51,688 nt of DNA from Candidatus Hodarchaeota archaeon (GTDB taxonomy: Archaea > Asgardarchaeota > Heimdallarchaeia > Hodarchaeales > Hodarchaeaceae), in contig JAEOTM010000137.1 in NCBI GenBank assembly GCA_016839815.1, positions 1-51,688 of the forward strand, in the 5' to 3' direction. Of the stretch, positions 37,822 through 45,443 are shown in pieces. The notes beneath the pieces are model-generated. The model saw nothing but the letters and a program-made list of their open reading frames with translations. It was not told the DNA's origin and did not search any database. A program made the position numbers and the translations under genes. Position 1 is the stretch's first letter, and each line of letters begins with the position of its first letter.

Positions 37822-38556
37822 ATGCTCCTAGAAAATAAACAAGTTCTAATTACTGGTGCTGCTATTGGAGGAATTGGGGAAGCTATCATGAATAAACTTA
37901 TCAAACAAGATAATCTGATTCTTGTTACTAGTTTAGAGATGTCAGATGACCGATTTCCAAATATTGAAAGTATCTCAGCCGATTGTACTAACAAAGATGG
38001 AATCAAAAAATTAGAAGATTGGATAAAGACTAAAACTGGATCTATAGATGTACTCATTAATGCTATAGGAGGATCATTAGCCTCAAAAAACCCTTTAGAA
38101 ATAGAATCTAACTTTCTCAATAGGGTGATTAAAGTTAATCTAACTTCAGCTGTTTTATTGACACAGATGGCCACTAGGTTAATGAAATCTGGCTCAATCG
38201 TCCATATTGTAAGTACCTCTGCATATGAAGCATCCTTGGATAAAATGTCCTATGGAATAGCTAAAGCAGGATTAGTCTATTATATTCGAGCAATGGCTCA
38301 AGTTTTAGCTCCCAATATTCGTATTAATGGTGTCTCTCCAACATATGTCTTTACTGAGCGTCATAATCAAGAATTAAAACAGAAAGCGGAAAGGACAGGT
38401 ATTTCTCTGGAACAGTTAGTTTCAGATCGAATGGCAAAACAACTATTAAAAAAACCGCTATTACCAGATGATTTAAATGAGATGATAGAATTCGCAGCAA
38501 CAACTCCATTAATGACTGGTAAGGTCCTAGATGCCTCACTCGGACGAATATATTAA
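37822..38556 (+). CDS. Short-chain dehydrogenase/reductase
   Basis: ITGAAIGGIG, DVLINAIG, YGIAK (YxxxK), IRINGVSP. Confidence 0.88.
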   Translation: MLLENKQVLITGAAIGGIGEAIMNKLIKQDNLILVTSLEMSDDRFPNIESISADCTNKDGIKKLEDWIKTKTGSIDVLINAIGGSLASKNPLEIESNFLNRVIKVNLTSAVLLTQMATRLMKSGSIVHIVSTSAYEASLDKMSYGIAKAGLVYYIRAMAQVLAPNIRINGVSPTYVFTERHNQELKQKAERTGISLEQLVSDRMAKQLLKKPLLPDDLNEMIEFAATTPLMTGKVLDASLGRIY

Positions 38557-38593
38557 TTTTAATTTAATTTACTTTGATTTTTCTTTAAATTTC

Positions 38594-39967
38594 CTAAATA
38601 TTCTTAAACATCATAAGTGCCTTTTTTCGTGCTTCTGTATGGTTTACAATTGGACTTGGATAATTTAAGCTACGGGGTGCATTTTTCTCTAAGCTATGGA
38701 TTTCTTTAGGTGTTAAATCTCTGAGTTCCGATATATACTCCTTAATATATTTACAATCTGGGTCATACTTCTTCTGTTGAGTCCAAGGGTTGAAGATGCG
38801 AAAATACGGGACTGGATCACATCCTGTACTACTACTCCATTGCCAGTTTCCGTTGTTGACAGAGATATCAAAGTCGACTAATTTTTGTGCAAAATATTTT
38901 TCCCCCCATTGCCAATTAATCTGCAAATCTTTTGTTAAAAAGGAGGCAACAATCATTCGAACACGATTATGCATAAAACCTGTTTTATTTAGTTGTCGCA
39001 TACCAGCATCTACGATGGGAAAACCAGTTTTTCCCTCGGTCCATTTTTTAAAAGCTTTGTCATTATAGACCCATTTAAGATTATTATATCTTTCCCGAAA
39101 GGGTCCGTTAAAGACATGGGGAAAATAAAACCCAATATAATAGTAAAAATCTCTCCAGTATAATTGTCGTATCAATGGGAAATTCCCATGGCTTTTAATG
39201 ACATGGTATACTTCTCGGATTGATATAGTACCAAATCTTAGATGTGAAGAAAGAAAAGTTGTTCCTTGTTTTGAGGGAAAATCCCTTTCAATTTCATAGT
39301 TTCTATACTGTTTCAAATTCTGTAGGATTAATGATCCATTTTTCCTTCCTCCCCTAATGAATAAATATGGGTTGTTAATTAATTCTACGTCTTCTAAGCT
39401 TACTCCTTCAAAATTTTGTATGTTGAGAAAGTTATTAAGGTTAACATAAATCGGATGGGGAATTTTAGCTTCTGACGCCTTCCTATAGAAAGGAGTAAAC
39501 ACAGTATATGGAGTCCTGTCCTTTTTTAATACTGATTCAGGTTCATTCAATAACAGGTCACTGAACACCCTAACAGAAGCAGCATGAGATTTAGCCACTT
39601 TTAGTATTAATTTATCACGCTTTTTACTATAAGGAGTGTAATCTCGGTTAATAAAAACGGATTGTAAATCCAACTCATTACTACTAAGTAAATCGTTTAC
39701 AATATCCCACGGTTTTCCCTTAAAGAAATGTAAAGTTCCTTTTAAGGCTTCAAGTTGTTTCTTTAAATCTATAATCGATTCTTGCATGAATTGAAGTGCA
39801 TTGTCACTTCTATCTGGATTATTCAAGAGATTTGTATCATAAACGAAGATTGGTAAAACTTGATTAGATGATTCCAAAGCTGAATTTAATGCTGAATTAT
39901 CATCGACACGTAAATCTCTACGAAAAATAAACAAGGAATTAGATTTAGCTTTTTTTGGCATATTCAT
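38594..39967 (-). CDS. phrB: Deoxyribodipyrimidine photolyase (class I CPD-type)
   Basis: FRRDLRVDDN, YTVFTPF, LSSHLRFG, WRDFY, GKTGFPIVDAGMRQL, MHNRVRM, NNGNWQW, YFRIFNP. Confidence 0.93.
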   Translation of the reverse strand: MNMPKKAKSNSLFIFRRDLRVDDNSALNSALESSNQVLPIFVYDTNLLNNPDRSDNALQFMQESIIDLKKQLEALKGTLHFFKGKPWDIVNDLLSSNELDLQSVFINRDYTPYSKKRDKLILKVAKSHAASVRVFSDLLLNEPESVLKKDRTPYTVFTPFYRKASEAKIPHPIYVNLNNFLNIQNFEGVSLEDVELINNPYLFIRGGRKNGSLILQNLKQYRNYEIERDFPSKQGTTFLSSHLRFGTISIREVYHVIKSHGNFPLIRQLYWRDFYYYIGFYFPHVFNGPFRERYNNLKWVYNDKAFKKWTEGKTGFPIVDAGMRQLNKTGFMHNRVRMIVASFLTKDLQINWQWGEKYFAQKLVDFDISVNNGNWQWSSSTGCDPVPYFRIFNPWTQQKKYDPDCKYIKEYISELRDLTPKEIHSLEKNAPRSLNYPSPIVNHTEARKKALMMFKNI

Positions 39968-40857
39968 ATCCTACCTATCTCACGTAGATATCTACACGCT
40001 TTAAGGGCACTTCTCTCTTTATCACGAATTTCAAGAATTAAATCAAAATTCCTCATTCCGATATTAACAATGAATTCCTTAAAGAGGTCCATATCGATCG
40101 TGGTAGTATGTTTACCAATCCTTGCATTTGGTTCTTGATGGCTCCAATCAATCATTGGTATTCCATCTTCAGTATTCCAAAAATCTTCTAAGAGATTTAA
40201 TACTTCGATAATCCTTTCATTATTATTTTTCAGTGAATGATGAAAGACATCAAAAACAATTGGAATGTTTATTTGAGTTGATATATCAATACAATCTCTT
40301 AAATCAAACATCCGATCATCATTTTCGATGACAAGTCTTTTTCTTGCATTTAGTGATAATTTTTCAAAATTAGCAATAAACTGATTCTTTGATTTCTTTT
40401 TATCGCCATAAACTCCTCCCACATGTATTTGAATTTTTGCTGTGCTATCTAAATGCATTTTATCTAATATCCACGTACTTCCCTCTATTTCTTTTAAACT
40501 ATTATTTACTACTTCCTCTTTAGGTGAATTTATTACTGTATACTGACCTGGATGCATCCCTATTCGCATATTGGACTCTTTAATCATTTTTCCAATTGTT
40601 AAAAACAGATCAGAGTAACTTCGTTCAATTAGTTCCCATGGAATAGAGATCCTATGCGATAAAAAAGGAATAAAATCAGCTATACGATAAAATAAGAGAT
40701 TATTTTGGATACAAAACGTAATAGTATCCTTTATACACAGTAAATTAGATTCTATCGTTTCTAAAACTCTTTTTTCAGAGTAAGAAGCTAATCGAAATGT
40801 TTTATCTGGCCTACAATTTATAGTTGTATTTGCCGATCCAACAAAGCCTATTCTCAT
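39964..40857 (-). CDS. uvsE: UV DNA damage endonuclease
   Basis: MRIG, TFRLAS, MHPGQY, IHVGGVYGDK, IENDD, FDVFHH, LEIRDKE; ATGA overlap with the photolyase start. Confidence 0.93.
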   Translation of the reverse strand: MRIGFVGSANTTINCRPDKTFRLASYSEKRVLETIESNLLCIKDTITFCIQNNLLFYRIADFIPFLSHRISIPWELIERSYSDLFLTIGKMIKESNMRIGMHPGQYTVINSPKEEVVNNSLKEIEGSTWILDKMHLDSTAKIQIHVGGVYGDKKKSKNQFIANFEKLSLNARKRLVIENDDRMFDLRDCIDISTQINIPIVFDVFHHSLKNNNERIIEVLNLLEDFWNTEDGIPMIDWSHQEPNARIGKHTTTIDMDLFKEFIVNIGMRNFDLILEIRDKERSALKACRYLREIGRI

Positions 40858-40874
40858 AACATTCGATCAACCAT

Positions 40875-41264
40875 TCAATCTTTTTTTTTTCGTATAGAAA
40901 GAAAATACATGAAAACCTGGGCAATCAAAGCCAAGATTAAGACAATTACTTCAATTATCCAGACAATCCCACCGTTAGTCAGAACGGTCAGGGATACGAC
41001 TAATAAGAAACAAGGAACGATCCAAAACAGTACCCAAGCCCATTTTTCTCCTTTACGGTAACTTTTAATTGAAATTCCAGAGATTGTTAATCCAAAACTG
41101 ATCATAGCAAAACCTAAGACACGAACAATTATGTTGGCATATGTTATGACTTCAGGACCTAGGTTTTGTATTTCTCCCCATATTTTTGGATCCAATAATT
41201 CTTCAAAAATGACATCTAGTATACCTATGTAAATGAAAAAGGCCCCAATTAATGTAAAGGTCAC
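40875..41264 (-). CDS. Small multi-TM hypothetical protein
   Basis: Four hydrophobic segments, YRKGEKWAW motif. Start uncertain: the frame is open back to 41339. Confidence 0.7.
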   Translation of the reverse strand: MTFTLIGAFFIYIGILDVIFEELLDPKIWGEIQNLGPEVITYANIIVRVLGFAMISFGLTISGISIKSYRKGEKWAWVLFWIVPCFLLVVSLTVLTNGGIVWIIEVIVLILALIAQVFMYFLSIRKKKD

Positions 41265-41339
41265 CCAAGAAAAATTTAGCTTTATAGAAAGCCATGTTTT
41301 CAGCCAAATCCCATCATTAAATATAAGATTTCCCTCAAC

Positions 41340-41753
41340 TTATAATTGATATATGATTAATCCTATAAAATATGTTATGGCAGTAATTATTCCCGCATAA
41401 ATTATAGATTGAATTATTATCACTAATGCTTTGTTTCGATCCTTTTTCTGTGACGTAATGTCCTGAATTTTCAAAGTTACACCAAGAGGGGATGCTACGT
41501 TCTGACGATGAGCTAAACCATACGCTGCACAGAATTTTTTTCTTGCCTGAAGAAATCCTATTGTAAATATTTCAGCTGGAATAAGAATGATTACTCCAAA
41601 GAAGGGATTTAAGTCTATTAGATATATTAAACTTAAATAAACAATAAGAAAGACTATTGTCAATACAAGCCCAATATATCCAATTCTTCTTCGCTGGGCA
41701 ATTTCGGCCTCACCAATATTGCACATACCTGTTTTATAATTAATGTCTGACAT
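41340..41753 (-). CDS. Three-TM hypothetical protein with CNIG...FC motif
   Basis: YKTGMCNIGEAEIAQRRRIG, GFLQARKKFCAAYG, KKDRNKA. Confidence 0.8.
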   Translation of the reverse strand: MSDINYKTGMCNIGEAEIAQRRRIGYIGLVLTIVFLIVYLSLIYLIDLNPFFGVIILIPAEIFTIGFLQARKKFCAAYGLAHRQNVASPLGVTLKIQDITSQKKDRNKALVIIIQSIIYAGIITAITYFIGLIIYQL

Positions 41754-41768
41754 GGGAATTCCGTCTTT

Positions 41769-42584
41769 TTATTTTTTTGGAAACCAGGGGATAAGAGTTG
41801 AAGTCCGTTCCTGATACTCACTATAGGAGGGGTCGGATTCAAACCGTCTATTTAAGAGTGGAATACCTGAGACTTTGAGAAGACTCAATGTGATAATCAC
41901 AGGTCCGATAATCGAAATCAATGCCCAGAACATTTCAGATGATGGGACAGAAATTAGTGTGAAAAACCAAAAAGCCCACCAGGTTGACATCTCAAAGAAA
42001 TAATTCGGATGTTGGCTATACTTCCATAATCCGCTGGTATAAATTTTCCCAGTATTATTTGGATTTCTTTTAAACTGGTAAAGCTGAAAATCACTGAGTA
42101 GCTCACCAAATATCGCAATTAAAATGAAGCCCAGCACTATTATTTCAAGCGGGGATAGCTCCCTTGAATTACTATAAAAATTAACAACTGAAACAGGAAA
42201 AGACACTAGGAGAATAGTAAACACTTGAGGTAGATAAAGAAAGAAGAAACCCTTCCAAGTACTGCTTTTTCCCCAGTTATCTCGCATGATTTTAAACCGT
42301 TTATCTTCAGTTGTTACCTCATCCTTACCATACTTCCTTATTGTCAAGAAATATGCAATACGAATACCCCAAAGTGCCACAAGACCAGTTATTACCAATT
42401 TCCTTAGTGTGAGATTATTATCACTCATGATTACTGAGAAGACTGCTATGACAATAAATGAGGTACCATAGGCGATATCTACTGTATTATAGATTCCTTG
42501 TCTTAACGCGATTAGGTAGAAAACACTAAAATATACTAATAACACTAAAAATGAAATAGCTAATAGATTTATCATATGAATCAT
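41769..42584 (-). CDS. DUF1295 family membrane protein (steroid 5-alpha-reductase-like)
   Basis: VDIAYG, WGIRI, EDKRF, SDFQL, GLWKYSQHPNYFFE, SGIPLL. Confidence 0.9.
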   Translation of the reverse strand: MIHMINLLAISFLVLLVYFSVFYLIALRQGIYNTVDIAYGTSFIVIAVFSVIMSDNNLTLRKLVITGLVALWGIRIAYFLTIRKYGKDEVTTEDKRFKIMRDNWGKSSTWKGFFFLYLPQVFTILLVSFPVSVVNFYSNSRELSPLEIIVLGFILIAIFGELLSDFQLYQFKRNPNNTGKIYTSGLWKYSQHPNYFFEMSTWWAFWFFTLISVPSSEMFWALISIIGPVIITLSLLKVSGIPLLNRRFESDPSYSEYQERTSTLIPWFPKK

Positions 42585-42595
42585 TCCGATTTATA

Positions 42596-43048
42596 TTAGG
42601 GACATACTTTTCCAACAGGTTCAACGGTTAAATTTTGCATACGAGAATTAAAATCCCATTGATACAACTTAATAGGTGTAAGTTCTATAGCTACCTCTTT
42701 CACTTTGCGATTCATTAATCTTTGGGCTAATGAATTATCAGTACCACCTAAATATCTATTTAGGAGCGCTATTAATACTTCATCACCTTTTGAATCAATA
42801 ATTCTTGCTGAGGCTTGCCCACGAATTCCACAATATGGAGGAATTTCACTTGAAATTTCAAATGCACATTTTGGATTGTTAGAAAGGTACTTTACAACTT
42901 TTGCTGTTTCGATTGTAGCTAAATAGATCTTATCACCTAAGTAAATAAACCATAAACTTACTAAAAATGGCCAACCCGACTTTGTAACTCCAGAAAGTCG
43001 TAAGGGTATTTTTGAGTCCTTTAAAAACTTTTCAACAGCTCCTAACAA
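42596..43048 (-). CDS. Pyridoxamine 5'-phosphate oxidase-like (split-barrel flavin/F420-binding) protein
   Basis: LSGVTKSGWPFLVSLWF, AKVVKYLSNNPKCAF, PPYCGIRGQA, WDF. Confidence 0.8.
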   Translation of the reverse strand: MLGAVEKFLKDSKIPLRLSGVTKSGWPFLVSLWFIYLGDKIYLATIETAKVVKYLSNNPKCAFEISSEIPPYCGIRGQASARIIDSKGDEVLIALLNRYLGGTDNSLAQRLMNRKVKEVAIELTPIKLYQWDFNSRMQNLTVEPVGKVCP

Positions 43049-43364
43049 ATTATCATCTCTGATTTTCGATTATGTTACGAATTATCGAGGAATTATATTT
43101 CTTTTCTCTTTAAATATCGAAACTTTCATCTTACGAACCTAAGCTTCTCTTTGAAGTATATGAAAACAGTTTTCCCTTCTATTAAATCTCATTTAGGGCT
43201 TTAACTTGATGATATTACAAATCTCTTCTTCTTTTTCATATTGGAACTTCTCCCTTATTCCGAACTTAGTATAAGCTGATTCTTTGCTTCTTTCTTAATC
43301 ATACATTAATAATAGTATTCAAGTTGAATTCTTATGGAAATAATGATTATTGGTCTTGCAGGAC

Positions 43365-43616
43365 TTATTGGTTACTTAATAGGCTCGATGCAAGATCAAA
43401 TCCCGATATTAGTACCCTTCCAGATGTAGGTTTGTCTAAAGCCCCAAGAGTATGCAATAAAGTAGTTTTACCTGACTCTGAAGGTCCTAAAATAGCTAAA
43501 AAATTACCAGAGGGTACTTCGAGATTTACTCCACATAAAGCATTTACTTCTACCTTACCCATGGTATAAGTTTTTTTCAAATCTTGAACTTGAATGACTT
43601 GAGTTATTATTTCCAC
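43365..43616 (-). pseudogene. Truncated LolD-type ABC ATPase remnant
   Basis: DLKKTYTMGKVEVNALCGVNLEV...GPSESGKTT (Walker A G to E)...LDKPTSG, then stop at codon 84 and further in-frame stops; no signature or Walker B motif. Confidence 0.8.
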
Positions 43617-43658
43617 TTCCAGAGAATTATAATACGTTTTATATCGGAAGGATCAATC

Positions 43659-43675
43659 AATCGTTTTAAACGATT
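43659..43675. promoter_or_regulatory. 8-1-8 palindrome AATCGTTT-T-AAACGATT, putative operator
   Basis: Perfect inverted repeat about 40 bp upstream of the ABC pseudogene start. Confidence 0.35.
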
Positions 43676-43735
43676 AAAATACTGGAAAATCTAAAACAAA
43701 CTTTTAGCTTTCCCAGAATTAATTTAGTGGTTTCG

Positions 43736-43776
43736 AAAAAAAAGGTAGAGAGGGAAAGAGAATTATCTTCTCTTTC
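43736..43776 (-). terminator. Hairpin plus oligo-T, candidate terminator downstream of the second DUF1295 gene
   Basis: GAAAGAGAA (43754-43762) / TTCTCTTTC (43768-43776) with 5-nt loop; on the minus strand it is followed by a pyrimidine run and T8 (43736-43743). Confidence 0.45.
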
Positions 43777-43877
43777 TAATCACAGACGGTGTCCTCAATA
43801 GAGGTGGGGAATCACAGTATTGGATATTTGCGAGGAAACCAGATAGTTCCATTTAATCTACTAATATTAGAGTTTGT

Positions 43878-44759
43878 TTATTTCCAGAATTTTATCTTTG
43901 GAATTAACACAGGAGTATTACGCTTGTATGCAATGTAATCTTCTTGATCTCCCCACTTTGCATCTGCACGTTTTTCAAGCAGTGGTACTCCACTAACCCT
44001 CGTTAAGAGGAGTGTTACAAATATTGGAGATATTAATGTTACTAAACTCCATTCTTGCAAATTAGGGATTGCGATTAAAGCTATCCCAATCCATAGCACA
44101 ATCTCTCCGAAGTAGTTGGGGTGTCGAGAAATTGACCATAGTCCGGTTTTAATAAACTTCCCTTTATTTTCAGGAATAGATCTGAACTGGTTCTTTTGAT
44201 AATCCGCAACCGCTTCAAATCCGAAACCAATAATCCAAACTATACTTCCTAATAGAGCAAAAACTCCGAGTTCCACTTTATTATTAGCAGTGATTGCGGC
44301 TAAGGCAGCAGCTAAAGTAAAACTTACCCATAATCCTTGGATTGTCCAAGTTAAAAGAAATCGTGAAAATGATTGTTTGATGGTTTCAAAGCGTTTATCC
44401 TCACCTGCTTTCAATATTCTTCTAAACAAAAAAGTACCAAGTCGAATCGCCCACAGTAAAACCAAAACCATCAGTAAAACAGATCGTGTATCTAATTTTG
44501 GAAGTAATAGAACTGTAAGAATAATAATGGTAGAATACGTTAAAGAACCAATTAAGTCAAAATATTTCTCCGTACTATAAAAATACGCTGGTATAAAAGC
44601 AATCCATTGAATTAAGAAAATAAGAATTATTGCGAATGAAAATAGGGGAATATTTTCAAATACGGTTACACTTTGCTGACTACCAGCTAGTATAAGAAAG
44701 ATAGCCAAGAGAATAACTATAACAATTCCAATCCATGAGTTAACATCTTTTGATTCCAT
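43878..44759 (-). CDS. DUF1295 family membrane protein, second paralogue
   Basis: EKYFDLIGS, WAIRLG, EDKRF, ADYQK, GLWSISRHPNYFGE, SGVPLLE. Confidence 0.9.
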   Translation of the reverse strand: MESKDVNSWIGIVIVILLAIFLILAGSQQSVTVFENIPLFSFAIILIFLIQWIAFIPAYFYSTEKYFDLIGSLTYSTIIILTVLLLPKLDTRSVLLMVLVLLWAIRLGTFLFRRILKAGEDKRFETIKQSFSRFLLTWTIQGLWVSFTLAAALAAITANNKVELGVFALLGSIVWIIGFGFEAVADYQKNQFRSIPENKGKFIKTGLWSISRHPNYFGEIVLWIGIALIAIPNLQEWSLVTLISPIFVTLLLTRVSGVPLLEKRADAKWGDQEDYIAYKRNTPVLIPKIKFWK

Positions 44760-45021
44760 TTTATATCATCAGAACTCTTAATTTTCTTTGATTTTTTCAG
44801 CTTTCTCTGCCTTTTTCAATAACTGGGAATTGAATTTCGGTTTAGAAAAAATTCCATATTTTTACAGTTAAATATAGTCTTTCTAGTCATGAGATGTAAG
44901 TCTGTCGTATAGATTTTGAGAGATAGATTTTGTCCTCAAACTGGCATTTTACGACGATGAGAGAAGTCTAAAAAAAAAGGAAAAGGAAGAAGAAAGGAGT
45001 GGGGCTCTGGAAACCCGCTCT

Positions 45022-45240
45022 TCAGGTGTCTAGAAAATCCAAGCTCTTCAAATAGACAATGGTTCCAGAAATAAAGAAAACTACTCCAAATAATCCGAAG
45101 AAAACGATAGTTTCTAAGTTTCCAGCACTATCAAAGGATTAATTCATTGTTAAATAGGAGGATATAAAAGCAAAAATACCGAGAACCCATTCTATTATTC
45201 CCACAGATTTTAATATTCTTTTGATTTGATTTTTTTCCAT
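45022..45240 (-). pseudogene. Small two-TM protein gene interrupted by one in-frame TAA
   Basis: MEKNQIKRILKSVGIIEWVLGIFAFISSYLTMN*SFDSAGNLETIVFFGLFGVVFFISGTIVYLKSLDFLDT*; internal stop at 45139-45141; GTGA upstream of the ATG. Confidence 0.55.
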
Positions 45241-45443
45241 TTTAATCACATAGTTCTTCAATAAAACTAAAATGGTTCCAATTGGATAATTTAAAGATTT
45301 TATACTATAGGCAAACACTAAATCGGAAAATCTTTCCCGTCTGTCACTACAATAAGCTTAGAGAAAAAAATAATAACTTTCAAAAGGAGGAAGAATAATA
45401 GTTCAGAAGTTTAATTTTAAAAAAAGTTTTGGAAGAAATATAC

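Noticed and set aside
37605-38174. 189-aa minus-strand ORF
   Set aside because: Antisense shadow of the SDR gene; no motif.
44970-45020. GC-richer imperfect hairpin next to a purine run, possible ncRNA
   Set aside because: Short, mismatched stem; adequately explained as a minus-strand terminator region of the small pseudogene.
8529-45141. Genetic-code reassignment suggested by three in-frame TAA junctions (8529, 41340, 45139)
   Set aside because: TAA terminates many clearly complete genes here, and conserved genes have no internal TAA.
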